In this document: positions 11,276 to 24,062 of the stretch, in pieces
Layout of the letters: each line of letters starts with the position of its first letter
Position numbering within the stretch: position 1 is the stretch's first letter
Assembly: GCA_013265495.1 (NCBI GenBank)
Contig: MU057987.1
Span: 186,001 to 250,000, forward strand
Length of the DNA stretch: 64,000 bases
From: Vicugna vicugna
Lineage: Eukaryota
Reading direction: 5' to 3'
Notes under the pieces: model-generated
Told to the model about the DNA's origin: nothing
Seen by the model: only the letters and a program-made list of their open reading frames with translations
Databases searched by the model: none
Made by a program: the position numbers and the translations under genes

Positions 11276-12284
11276 GATCTGTTACTTTAGCGCTGATCTT
11301 AGTAATTAATTATTTAGGAAACTTTTGTCTGTTTCTATTGACTCTTTTATATTTGAATAGTCTGGGTTCCAGACACGCTTCTTTAATACGATTGGCATTT
11401 GAATTCTTTGAAGGCTTTAAACTGATGAATACTGAAGACAATGCGGTAGCTTAAGGCAGTCATCCATATTGATGAAGCCCACTATAAATAGACGTGTCCT
11501 GCAATAACCCACGTGTAAAAGCCATATGTCCTTTTGTTCTATTCCTATTGATTCCAAAGCCCCTAAGGGCGTTGTTGTCAATAGCTGAGCCGAGGGCATC
11601 AGAAGAAAGCCACAGACCACTACGTCATCTTGCATTACAGGGAAAAGACAGGCCCAGCAAAGATACCCACTACTGTATTCCAAGTAAACTGATCAAACAA
11701 AGTACAAGAATTCTCCTGCATGAGACATTATTTTGTTGGAGAGGAACTACCTTTCAAAGAGTCTAGAAGAATGAAATTTAAATATCTTTAAAGAGTCAAA
11801 TCCATTCTACAGGGATGCCTTTATGCCATTCAGTAGAATCTCCTGGGGAAGGGCTGTTAGAAACGTGGAAGGCTGGCCCTCCACGGTAGAGAGCAAACTG
11901 GAGTGGCCAGTGTGTGAAGGGGGTGTCTGGACAGGAAGGTTACTGGGAGCATCCCTTGCCCTGCTGTAGATGTGCGGCCAGAGATTTGGGAAATCTCTCT
12001 GGGAGGGAGCCTGAGAGAGAGGAGAGCTCTGTCTCGGAAACAGAAGAGCCATAACATTGTTAACAAGGGCACAGGACCGAGGTTCTCTGGGTTTTTGGAT
12101 GTGGATTTTCCCATTAACTTGGGTTGCAGTCTAACTTTGTTGGGTTTGTCTTACTCTTACTCATTTCTACAGACCACACCTGCACAAAATAAAATCAGGA
12201 GCGATTAAGCAGATACCTGGGACATTCTCTTCTGAAAATACAAATAGAATGAGCTACTCCTTGGTGCCGCCAGCTTTGAGATAT

Positions 12285-12660
12285 ATAAAAAGAAATGGGT
12301 CCCTAAATCTCAGTGGCTTAACTCACAAGAGCAGTTTATTTATCATAGATGTTAAACAAGTGTTCTGTGGGCGGCCTCCCATGATGACATGCAGGGCCCC
12401 AGGGCCCCTCCACCTTCTCTTCTATCCACGAGGTCTTTGGAGACTTCGTTCCAGCCAGAGGATGAAGAATGAGCGCACGTGGAGAACTGCACAAGATATT
12501 TGCACGACCAGACCTGGGACTACTTTATGTCCCTTTCGCCCTCATTCCACCAGAGTTCAGATACATGGTTACACACATACACCATGGGCTGGGAAATACT
12601 GCCTAGATTTGTGCTCAGGAAGTAGAGGAAATAAGCGTTGATGACACTATAGTAATATGA
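12285..12660 (-). mobile_element. MaLR solo LTR (MLT1J-like)
   Basis: CCCTAAATCTCAGTGGCTTAA near one end and GGCTGGGAAATACTGCCTAGATTTGTGCTCAGGAAGTAGAGGAAA near the other. Confidence 0.7.
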
Positions 12661-12707
12661 TGAATACAGGACACACTCATATCTCAGTACCATGTTTTTG
12701 TCAAGCA

Positions 12708-12912
12708 CAGGGGTCAGCAAACTGCAGGCCATGTGTCACATCGAGCAGACCACTCGTTTTTGTATGGCCCAAGACCTAAGGCTGGTTATCACGTTTCTAA
12801 ACAGTTGGAGGACTATAAGAGAGAAAGGATATGCAGCAGGCAGCATTATGGCCCACAAAGCTTAAAATGTTTATTGTCTGGGCCTTTCACAGAAAGTAAT
12901 TGCTAACTCCTG
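12708..12912 (+). mobile_element. MER58A (hAT-Charlie MITE), full length
   Basis: TIRs CAGGGGTCAGCAAACT ... AATTGCTAACTCCTG; internal GGCCCACAAAGCTTAAAATGTTTATTGTCTGGGCCTTTCACAGAAA; 205 bp. Confidence 0.9.
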
Positions 12913-12919
12913 GTCCTCC

Positions 12920-13940
12920 TGTTTCACTTAGTGTCCTGGAGAGAAATAGATGCCACCTTCAAAAGAGCATTTAATGAAGGGCCTTGTATGGGTTTTCTCT
13001 TGCTACATAACAAATACTACAAACTTGGTGGCTTACAACAACACACATGTATTACTGCATAGTTTCTGTGGATCAGGATTCTGGGCACAGCTTGCCTAAG
13101 ATCTCAGCAGTTTACACTCCAGGTGTTGGCTGGGGCTGTGGTCTTGAAGAAGGGAAGGATTCCCTTCCAAGCACCTTCGAGTTGTTGGCAGAATTGATCT
13201 CCTTGTGGTTGTAGGACTGCGGTCCCATCTTCCTGCTGACCACAGGCTGCCCGAGGGCTCCGGAGGCTTCCCACAGTTGTCTGCTATCGAACCCTCTCCA
13301 CAGGCAGTTCACAGTTGGACCGCTTTCCCACGGCCAGCGGAGCCTCAGAGAATGCAACCCAATCAAGGGAGTGACATCGCATCACCTTTGCCGTATTCTC
13401 TTGGTTCGGAACAAACCACAGATTCTACCTGTGCTCAAGGAGAGAGGGTTACACATGGACATGACTCATCTGGGGGTAGGTGAGCATTATCCTAGGTGTG
13501 TTGGCTATAAGGCCATTCACAAAGGTTGAGCAGAGTTGAGAGAAACCCACAAGGGATGGGGAAACCCTGGCGATGGGAAGCCACTGCCACTTGTAGGCCT
13601 GAGGGAGGAGGAGGAGGAGAGGAGCAGTTACCCAAACAGGATGAGACTTCCAGCCGTGGGAGAGGACCCGCACGGTGGCACCCACGTCCTTCAGGGAGGA
13701 ATGCAGCCACTATCAACCCGTGGCTTTGCAGGAGGACGTGGGGGGGAGTAAAAACCAGAGCTTCCCTTTCTCCCAGTTCTCTGTCTCCTGCCTGACTTTC
13801 CCCCCAGAAACCAACAGAAAGTCAGAGGGTAATGGAGACTGATGGATGCAACCCAACGAAGTCAGCCTCCTAAGGCAGAGAGCAAGGTGGAGACAGGTGA
13901 GAGTGAATCTTGCAGGGGCAGATAAAAGCTATTCCAAATA
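12920..13940 (-). mobile_element. LTR33-like ERVL solo LTR, split in two by an inserted MLT1D
   Basis: Left piece 12920-12984 (GAAATAGATGCCAC...TTTAATGAAGGG). Right piece 13511-13940 ends GTCAGCCTCC...GAGTGAATCTTGCAGGGGCAGATAAAAGCTATTCC. Confidence 0.7.
12985..13510 (-). mobile_element. MLT1D-like MaLR solo LTR
   Basis: TG start; CAAATACTACAAACTTGGTGGCTTACAACAACAC; GTTGTTGGCAGAATT..GTGGTTGTAGGACTG; CATCACCTTTGCC. Flanked by GGCCT (12980-84) and GGCCA (13511-15). Confidence 0.85.
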
Positions 13941-15799
13941 TCTGGCTTTTGACTTTCTCACACTTCAAGGAAAACAGCAAATATTCTTAAGATCAAATGA
14001 TAAGGATAACATTTGTTTAATATGCAGTTACAACAGAAACAAGCATGAGCAGGGTCTGCAACCATTCAGAGGACCACGAAGGCTATGCAGGATCATCTGA
14101 GGCGCCGACACGGCTTGGCTTGCCTCAGAGGTAAAGCTGATCTCAGAGAATACCAAGGCTTACCCTGCTTCTAGGAAGGAAAATGCAGCGGCACGTAGCG
14201 CTCTAATCAAGCGGCACTGTTGAAGAATATTCTTCGTGGAAAAGAGGAATACAGCTCCACCCAACGCTGGGAGCAGGTGACACCTGCCAGCCTCCCCATC
14301 TGGGTCTCCAGCCTAGTATCTGTTCTTAGATGGACTGTGAGCTTTCTGCACTGGGTCAGGACTGCTGGGGGAGCAGGCGTGCTGCACCTGGGGAAAGGTG
14401 GTGTTTAGAAGACCAGTCTTTAAGTTCCCACATTTCTAAGCGGCAGAGCCTTTGGACTGCTAGGTCCGCTTCCCCAGTCGGTGGTTCAGTGCATCACACA
14501 GAGCTGGGAGAGGGTGCCTTTAACAAGCGGGAGGATGTTGGGTCTGGATAATTAAGGAGACCGGTGCGAAAGGACGAGGGCACCTCATCTTCTGGCAGGT
14601 TTCTGGGGGCTTTTTTGTTTTGTTTTTCAAAAAAATATAAAAGAATAGGTGGTGATTCTCCAAAAATGAGTTTGGAATCCTTCTTAAATAACACGTGCGT
14701 AGAACTTGAGGATGTCTGGTGTGTGATAACGCCAAAAGTATCCACGATGCAGAAAGTGAGAGTGGAGTTCATAAACAAGAATTTGAGCAGTAAATTCCAC
14801 TAATAAAATTCGAGTAAGTTCTTTAGTTAATATAAGAGGATTTCCTTCCTATCACTTCCTCCCACACGCTGTACCCAGGAAGGTATTGCTGCCTAATTGA
14901 AACGTTTTCTAATAAGAGTTTGGGTAAAACTAATTTTAAAGAACTCATTAGCTAGATATGATAACATGGCAGGCTTCCTAACAGCAGCTTTACTGGTTCC
15001 CTGTAAACAGAAAATTAATTAATGATGAAGAAAATAAATTAGTAATCGTATCAGAGGCATGAAAGGTAGTACTGTTTTCAACTTCTATGAACTATTAGTT
15101 CATTTCAGCAAATTTCAATGGCCATGAAAGGTTCGTCTGAATACCAGGTTCTTGATGACTGGAGCCCCTGGAGTCAGATACCATATGAGCTCGTAATGGT
15201 AAGATATTTTGAAGTCTTACTATAAAACGCGTCGCCTGGGAAAACATTAGCAGCAAAGTGTTGCTATCTCCCTGAGCTATACAAATACACACTTACTTAA
15301 AAATCAGAATCTTTAGGAGTCAAGTATAAGAAAATAATTTTTAACCACTTTTCTATTTTTTTAAATTTAATCTTAAATGTTATTTTTATAATACAAAAGT
15401 AAAGTTCATTTCAAAAAATCAAAGCGGCATGAAGTAGGTAAAATGTAGCCAGAAACTTGTTTTATGCCAACAAAGCAAAGCGGAGAATTTTGTTTTCTGA
15501 AGCAGGGTGGGGTGGGGTGAATGGTGGCTATTGGAGAAGGAAGGTTGTTTTATTTATGTTATTCAAGCCTCACCTACAAAATGTCTTATTCTCACTTTAA
15601 TGTTGAAGAGCCAATACATGGTTACATAAAACAGGGTTAAGTGGAATTCAGTAGTTACCCGTTTAAATTGGCCAACTTAAGTTCGTCAGCAACCAGAAGA
15701 TTTCAGAAAATGTCACGTGGGGCATGCATTTTCTAAAGTTAAATTGGTATTTACATTGATTCCCTTACTGTAGTCGAAGTCTCACGTTATACTGAACAA

Positions 15800-16365
15800 G
15801 ACAGGACCAGAACAAGATCCATGGATGTAAAACACCATCCCTCAACAGTCTCCCCGCCCTTCTCCCTGTGTGCGTGATACACACGCTACACAGTCCTGAC
15901 TTCTTGCGTGGAGAAGTCAGCCCCTTCAGGACTCTGTTCTCTTTACATCCCAGGCTTGATTTGCACACACCCTGAAAACTCCTCACGTCAACCTACAGAA
16001 CTGGGTGTCCTGGCTTTGTCTTCCATTTGTCCCTATCCTCACACCTTCGACAGGAGATTTTCTCAATTTGAAACACCCCTCCGTATTTATCCATCACATA
16101 AACTCCTCCACACCTTGGCGTGTAAGCACACCCGCACCCATAAAGTCTCCTTGTCACCCTCATGCACAGATTCATCATTCCTTCTGGGAACACACAGCAC
16201 TCTGTGAAGATCACAGCACTGTAGCTGCACCCCGTTACGTGCTCGCATGCCCATCTTCACGACGGAACCGCAGGGGGTTTATTCTGACTTACACCCACTC
16301 ACCACTAGCACAGTGGCATAGAACAGATTTTGAGTCTTTATTTCAAAAATGAATCATTAAATGAA
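15800..16365 (+). mobile_element. L2 LINE 3' fragment (diverged)
   Basis: C-rich body ending CACTAGCACAGTGGCATAG...AAATGAATCATTAAATGAA. Confidence 0.5.
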
Positions 16366-17064
16366 GGGCTGAATATTAAATCTGCCTTACTGAGAATCAA
16401 CAGTCCGTTTTCTATAGGACGGGAAAGAATAATGGATTCCGAAGCTTACACATCAGTTACTTATAATTTCAGGCAATATTAACAGCAAATTAACAAGGAC
16501 CTATGCATCCTTGATCCTAGCAAACATGCCGATTTCTAACCTCCTGAACTTACATATACCCAGGTGGGCTTCAGCTTTTCTAGATGCCTCTGCTAAACCT
16601 TGACCATATTAACAGGAATGGCAGAGCCAGACGAGATGGGCAAAGAAAGAAACAAGTTGATAAGTTTATTCAGGGATTTCTGAAAAAAAAAAAAAAGGTT
16701 CATTCAGGGAGAAAATAAAATAGAAAGAATCCAGATGCATTGGAAATCTCTGAGAACCGCCAGGAGAACTGAATCTTTACATCCTGAACCTTGCCGAGCC
16801 GACACAAAGCACGGTGCAGCGTCTTCCCCGCGCCAGCAGAGGGAAGCACGCGCTTCACTAACCCGGGAAGCAGGCTGTGCACAATTCCTGCGTTAGCAGC
16901 CAGAACTTGAGGAAGTGCTCCACCAACAAAGATCTCGGGATCCTTCCACCTCGAGCAAAAGTCTCCCCCCAGAATGATACCCTTTAAGTATTTTTGTATT
17001 AACGTCATTTCATCGAGTTCTATGGCAGGTTTCAAACTGTGGTTGTGTTTCTGCTTTGAGGCTG

Positions 17065-17265
17065 AGGATGTAGGAAAGGATGTCGGCTGTGGGGCTGGCA
17101 GAATAGGCTGGTACATCTGGAGTCTACCGCTAAGTAGCCATGGGATTTGGTCAAGTTACTGAATCTTTCCAACCCTCCTTTTACTCACCTTTAATACAGA
17201 TAATAAGATCTACCTTCTGGAGTAAGATCACATAAACGTAGAAGTAGCAGCTAGATGTTCTGTAA
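17065..17265 (+). mobile_element. MIR SINE
   Basis: TCTACCGCTAAGTAGCCATGGGATTTGGTCAAGTTACTGAATCTTTCC...GATAATAAGATCTACCT. Confidence 0.65.
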
Positions 17266-17604
17266 CCGTCTTACCCCCTTCTCTGTTTCTTCCCACTTGG
17301 GAAAACAAACATCCACAAACGTCTATCACATGCAAGGCAAGGCACCTTGACAGAACCAAAAAGTGCCCAGAATCAGCCTTGCGTGAATTTGCCAAGTAAG
17401 ACAAATTTCTCTGCCAGGAGATCTGGAGAGAGCATGAGAACACTAGGCCTACTAGTAATAATGTAACGTTTTTTGAGAGTGAAAAACAGAACACACATCA
17501 TGGAATTAAAAAATATGGAAGGCAAAGCCATTTAAGAAAGTGTAATAAAGAACTGTGACAGTTCCCAGGACCTGGTAGGAATTCAAGAGAATTCAGTCCT
17601 CACT

Positions 17605-18168
17605 TATGAAGACATGGAAAGCACCTTAAGTGTGTGTTGACAGGTGAATGGCTAAAGAAAACGTAACACACACACACACCATGGAATATTATTCAGCCAT
17701 AAAAAGAAGGAAATCCTGCCATTTGCAAACATAGATGAAACCTGAGGGCAAATGCTAAGTGAAGTAAGTCAGAGAAGTACTTTATGACATCATGTATATA
17801 TGAAATTAAAAAAAAAACTGCCTCAAAGAAGCAGACAGTAGTTTGATGTTTACTTGGCAGGGGGGTGGGGAGGGCTTAGGGATACATGAAGTTGATCCAA
17901 AGGTGCAAACTTCCAGTCATTACATGAATAAATGAACATGTTCTGGGGATCTGATGTACAGCGTGGAGACTGTAGTCAATAATACAGTGTGTAAAATATT
18001 AAAGTTCTCACCACACACACACAACTGGTAACTATGTGAGGTGATGGATGTATTAACTAACCTCATGGTAGTCATCATTTTGCAAAATATGCATTATCAA
18101 ATCATCCCATTATACACCTTAAACTTATACAATGTTAGAAGTCATAGTATCTCAGTAAAGCTGGGGGA
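17605..18168 (+). mobile_element. 5'-truncated L1 (L1MA9-like 3' end)
   Basis: ATGGAATATTATTCAGCCATAAAAAGAAGGAAATCCTGCCATTTGC; terminal TACACCTTAAACTTATACAATG...CTCAGTAAAGCTGGGGGAAAA. TSD-like TCAGTCCTCA at 17593-17602 and 18173-18182. Confidence 0.9.
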
Positions 18169-18971
18169 AAAGTCAGTCCTCATCCTCACACACATATACA
18201 CTCATCTCTCAAGATGCTGTTTAATATTATTCATCTTAGTATGTTTTACATTTTGAAAAACATTTGAACGCTATTTTAACATAGGAATATTTTATATACA
18301 TGAAAGAAAATAAAAATATATTCTGATTGCTCCAAGTCTTTATAGATTTTATTAGTCAAAATGTTCTCACTGGTTTTTGTGTTGCTTTTACCTTAAAGAG
18401 CTCAACTTTATTCTTAATGTCATAATACAGATCCGCCTAGCATTGGGAATGACTCTAATATGATAAATTGTATTAACAAATGTCCTAGAGTGAACTCTAC
18501 TTTGTTGGGATGTACTGGTGACCCACAGCAAAGCCCGCCCAGGTAAAGCTCGGCGCGGTGAGAACTGCACTCACCAGTCTGTGAGGTCAGCGCCAACCGC
18601 GGACCTGCAGGGCCCCCCTCTGTGCTCTACCCTATGATTTTCCTTTTATAACAACAAACACTTAGCACAACATAAAAAAAAAAAAAGACAGCAAAAAGGG
18701 ATGAAAAAGCCCGACTCCACCAAAAATGTCAACCAAGTGAGAACCAATAACGAAACCTGGGTACCCAACTGAGAATAAGCAGCTGAGAAATTCAGCGCAA
18801 AGACAGCAGAGTTCAGACCCCATGCTGACTTACCGTGTTGGCACGGACTTGACAGGCTGTGTGCAGCGAGGCACAAGGAGTGCTCTGGTCCTCTTTGGCG
18901 GCTCCTGGTCAAAGACTGGGGTCTGCAGCAGGGATCAGTGCAGGGGGTCTGGATGGGAGGTCCATGAGAAC

Positions 18972-19420
18972 TGTGAAAACAAGTTCACCCAAGTGAGGGC
19001 AAGAAGGGGCTACTCATTCAGCGCTTTCTACAGCAAGGGGGCCAGCCACCATCACTTGTGTTTGGCAGAAACTTCAAGGCAGGCAGAGAAGTGGGAAAGC
19101 CTTCTCATGGAAGCAGGATGCCTCCAGGTGAGCTCTGACTGGAGGCTGCTGCCACGGAGACACTGCAGGTGGGCTGGACGGAAGTGGAGCATCCTAGGCG
19201 ATTGGTTAGGGGTGCATATTTGGCTTTCTCTGATTGGTCCTAAGTTGGAAGAAAGGGTAAAAATTAGGGAAGCTGTCAGTTATTAATCACATTCTAGCCA
19301 TTTTAGACCAATTGTCACATGGCTATGTTTGGCCTCCTGGACTGGTTGCTGCAGGCTGGGGTCAGAATTTTATTTTTATATATAGCCTGGCCATTGTCCG
19401 TTTGCATATTTAGTCTCTCA
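18972..19420 (-). mobile_element. ERV1 solo LTR (MER89/MER90/MER110 group)
   Basis: TG...CA ends. The minus strand starts TGAGAGACTAAATATGCAAACGGACAATGGCCAGG. Internal AACTGACAGCTTCCCTAATTTT and GACCAATCAGAGAAAGCCAAATATGCACCCCTAACCAATC. Confidence 0.8.
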
Positions 19421-19474
19421 TTAAGAGAGAAATAAACATTAGGCCAGTAAGACGTCTTTCTTAATCTCTTGGGT

Positions 19475-19600
19475 GTCCTGGTCCCTGACTTCTGAGATCT
19501 CTTATTTCCTGTCTCCATAATCTTGGGGGGGTCACTTATTCTCTGTAAGCCCCAGATCTGAAAAATGACAGGTTTCGTCTAGAAAACAGTTCCCAGCCTC
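19475..19600 (+). mobile_element. MIR3-like fragment
   Basis: ATCTTGGGGGGGTCACTTATTCTCTGTAAGCCCCAG..ATCTGAAAAATGA...TTCCCAGCC. Confidence 0.45.
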
Positions 19601-20261
19601 ATGTTGTGAGTGTATAAATGGATGGGAGAAATGGTTCTGGGGGAGGTGCACTTGGGTGGCGATTCAGAATTGCACAGAAGCCACAGGCTGCGTTACCTGT
19701 GCGGCAAACTCGAGTGAATGATGTGACGTGCAGCTCAGGTAAACGCTACCTGGCAGGTATCTCGCTATGGCGGGGTGGGGGAAAATGGTTGAAAACCACT
19801 GGCCCGGTTAATCTGTCAGGTTCATTCCACTCCAATTGTAATAAGGACCAATTCCCAGCTATAAACTCCCCAACTTTCAGTCTGTGCATGACTGTCACTG
19901 GCATTTATAAGAGTGGGAGCAAAAGTAAACATGGTCCTAATGACCTCCTTGGGGTCAACGGGCAGGTACGTGTTGATCAGAGGCCAAGATCAAACAGTGG
20001 TATTGATCAAGCCATTAAGTTCCTCCTGGTTTTCCAGTCTCACTAACCGTCATCCTCTTCTCCTTTCAGGTGCTTAATTGTTCTTATGGATGTCTATTTC
20101 TGAAGACAATGTAAGGTAAAATGCCACATACTGCCCTCTTCGGATTACTGAAATAACAGGCCACCTTCGGTCATTTTGAAAAGTTTTGCCTAAAATTGTG
20201 ATGAATTTTCTTTTTTTTTTTAAATCTTGCTTACTTAGGTGTATATGCACAATGTTAGCTA

Positions 20262-21420
20262 CTGACTTATTCAGTAAATATTTATCATTCCTAGTAGATA
20301 TCAGGCAATGACCTGGGTCCTGGGAAACTATCAACAAATGAAAACAGGTAAGCCCTAGCCCTCGCTGCAGTTTGTGTTCTAACGCCATAAACTGGACGTT
20401 CCTAAAGGTGATAAGTACTGGGAAGTAAACTAAGAGCTACGAGAGCATTGGGCAAGAAGGGACTTGTTCATCTAGCTCCTGAGCTACAGAGACATTTACT
20501 TGAGTGAAGTCTTGAAGGATGAGTAGAAATGACAACCAGACGTCATACACCCAAAAGAAAATGTGCAAAATCGAAGAGGTTGACTCTGGATCAACACGCT
20601 GAGAATAACTTGCTAATGAATAGTCTCTATTCTCCAGATCAGTGGGGAACATTGAGGTTTTAGTTTTCTGTTTTTGAAGCAGAAAAAGAATGACACAGCT
20701 GGATCTCATTTTCCATAGACCATTTGGGCGACTGTGCAGAAGGTGGATGGAAGGAGGAAGAGGCCAGTACGTGTCAGATGTAACCATCAAGAGGCTGGTG
20801 AGGCCCTACGCTAGAACACGGGCAGCAGTGGTGAAAAGAACGGATGGATTAAGGAGACATTCCCAAAGGGCAACTGGCAAGTCTTGCTGAATGGCTTGTT
20901 CTAGAGGATAAAGGGACGCAGGAGAATCTGAGATGTCCTTAAGTTTTCTGTTGTACCAGACAGTGGAGTAAGAGAAGCAACTGAAACAGGAATTATGGAA
21001 GAAATAGGAAGTTTCTTCTCTTTCTTTCTTTTTTTGAAAGAGAATGAGGCTTGAATTTTAGCATTCTGTTAGATTTGTAGGTGTCTACTGAACATCAGAA
21101 ACATAGACAAACGTCTGGAGACCAGTATGTGGGAGTTATCACCACCTAAGTGCTGGTTGAAGCCTTGGGAGATGATGATCTCCTTGAGTGTTTACATCTG
21201 CAACGACAAAAGAAGACTGGAGATCGACTCTAAGAGAAAACTGACTCTAGTAACTAAGAGGCAAGTCAAGGTAAGCCTGTGAAAGGACATGATCAACTCA
21301 TCCAATGTCCCCAAGGAAACCTGAACCCAGCTTTCAGGGTTAAGCCGGGAGTCAGCCAATGGTGACCTGAGGGAACATGGCTTCAGTGGACACAGCCACT
21401 TGAAAGCAAATGGGGATTTC
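20262..21420 (-). mobile_element. L2 LINE 3' fragment
   Basis: Starts with the antisense L2 tail TTATTCAGTAAATATTTATCATTCCTA; purine-rich body with GGATCTCATTTTCCATAGACC and GGTTGAAGCCTTGGGAGATGATGATC. Confidence 0.75.
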
Positions 21421-21999
21421 ACAACAGGGGTGATAATCATACATGTGTTTAAAAAAGGGATCACAAATATTATGTACCCCGGGTACAGGAGTGATGATTA
21501 GGAAGTATCACTCTGATGTGGAGAATAAAATGGATGGGATTAGAGACTTCATGCTCTAACTCAAGCAGCTATCCCACTCATGCCTCTGTTATATACCGCG
21601 ACAGATGCTCCGTCCGTTGGGAAATAAGAAGACAAGAGAGAAGGTGGCAGAATAAAGGTCTATGATATATAATTCAGTGAGGAGGTCCCAGTTACTTTAA
21701 AGACAATATATTCTCACATATAAAAAGCACCCCACCACCCCTATCGAAGTCCCTTCTGAAAACCTACCAGACACACCCAAAGATACAACTTTACCAAAAT
21801 GCCTGGGTCCTGAACAAGCGTACAAGAAGGAAACACAGGCAGAAGAAGAGACATCGCTATTCCTCGGTGGCTCTGTCTAAATTGTTTTCTGATATGGCTG
21901 ATGAACAACTCATAGGAAGAAACCCTTTTGGACATAACTATTCAAACTCACTACATTGCTTTATTCTCCAAACTGCACATTAAAAAAAAATTACAAGAA

Positions 22000-22232
22000 C
22001 AGTAAGAACAGTATTTGTATAGCATTTTTTATACAATTGATTTTTTAAACGCAGTATCTTATTCAACTGCCCAATAATCTTATGGACCAGATGATGTTAT
22101 TATCATAATTATTAAAATGTGAAAAACAAGCCTCAGAACAGGATAATGAATTTAACTTCAGGTTGTCTCGAGGAAAAGGCAGAGCCAGGATTTAACTGAA
22201 TCCAGGTAATCTGATCCCTGCACTCTTTCCTC
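22000..22232 (-). mobile_element. MIR SINE
   Basis: TATCTTATTCAACTGCCCAATAATCTTATG...TTATTATC...GGCAGAGCCAGGATTTAA...TCTGATCC. Confidence 0.7.
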
Positions 22233-23979
22233 AGTATTAACTTGCTTGTTCAACAGGTGATGCCTGGACCCATAGAGATTTCCTTTAATTCCTTTAAGAG
22301 AAACAAATTGCTCTTTTAACTGGGCTACTTCCTCTATGATTTGACAAATCACAGTTGGGGAAGACCATACCATTTCGTATGGGGTTGGTGTTTACAATTT
22401 TAATTAGACAAGAAGCTTTTACTATTTCAAATTCTTAAGTATGTGATAAAAATATATATAATAAAAGAAAGTCACATTTTGAGTGGTAGAGAAAGTTTCC
22501 TCTGAAATTTCATTCAAGCGACTGTGCCCTACAAGGAGGTAAGGTAATCAAGCTTTAAAAAGTTGTCTGGCCCCTGGTGAAACATATGAAAGGAACACAT
22601 GAATGACTTTAAGAGTCTTCTGACCTTTCAGCAACACGCCAAGGCAAAGGGGTGACGATGATTTATTTAAATCCTGCAGAAAAGTCTTAAATAATTAGTT
22701 GAGGGTCAAAGAGAAGCATTAACTAATGGAAGAATATTTAAAATATCTGCAGGTTATATGTACAAAATCAAGTCATTGCATGCCTCCTCATCACATATTT
22801 AAGAGATTTTTTTCAGGAATATTTTGATGAGACTTTAGGTTTTTAATGTTTACACAGACCTAGAATATAATACTTGGGATCCACTATATGCTGGAGTGTT
22901 TGAAATGGAGGATGAAGGAGGCATGGTCTTCTGGAAGAGGCAGGATGATTTAAGAGAAAGGTTAGGAGGCCAAAATGAGAAGAAGTGATGTACACAACCT
23001 ATAAAACCAAGGCAGAGGGTGTGTGTCAATAGCCCACTGTCGTGGGAAGTTCCTGGTGGCTTTTCTTTTAAGCGGCAGGAACTCAAGTAGGGTGATTTTA
23101 TATTCATTCATCTGAACCACATTCAGCTGCCAATGCCGATACCCGGTCCTGAAGGCCTGAGGCATACTCATGCAAATTTCTGGACTAATCCGATTTCTGT
23201 AAAGCTGCTGTCTTCTTTACAACTTGGGCTGTGCTCTTCAAAAATATTTGGAAACTTATCTATTTACTTCATATGTACATTTTCCTGGGGCACTCTCACA
23301 GTACATGGAAGGGGACCTCTTTAGAGTCTCGGGCCACCTTCCCCGTGTAGAAAAGTAACTGAGGTACTGGATGGTGGCGATGCTGCTCTTCTTGCTGGAT
23401 GACATCTAATTGCTAGTCCCACAGGATGGGACAAGGTGATTCTAAACTTTAGCCAGAATAAAGCAACTCTGGAAACCCAAGCTTCGTTCTTCCATTGTAA
23501 TCACTGACTGACATGGTGGCCAAGGGCAAATCAGAGACAGAATTTTTGTCACCCACAGACCCGAGACCACGTTAGTTGAATAAATGACACGTTAAGCCAT
23601 GCTCGGCCATTATACTTCCTGCAGGGAGTTGTGACAAATCATAGACTTCAAAATGCCATCATGAGGGAAAAATGAGTTCTTTAGGAAAGAACAGTATTTG
23701 TCTTCCTCAAGTATAACTCATCATTAAGAACGAGTGTCTGGAAAAGAAAACAGTTCTTCAGTTGACATTCTAGCTTTGCCCCTTTTATCAACGTTAGAAT
23801 TCTGTAAAGGAAAATCTGCATGTCCTTACTAGTTCTCTTGATCCCTTGCTAATCTGTAATTAGGGTAGTAGCAATTTGTGTAAGAGATTTTTTAGATGCA
23901 TAATGCAAACAGGAGAAAATCATGCCTCTTGAAAAATAATATCTTAAAATTTTTAATACATTTTAAGCTATGCTATCCA

Positions 23980-24062
23980 ATATTTTATATATACATTATA
24001 TGTATTTACACATATATCTCAAATATATATGTTAAGTATATATATTAATATTTATATATACA
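23980..24062. repeat. Low-complexity (TA)-rich tract
   Basis: Degenerate TA dinucleotide run, seen directly. Confidence 0.8.

Noticed and set aside
18822..19286. 154-aa ORF
   Set aside because: Lies mostly within an antisense ERV1 LTR and has no recognisable domain.
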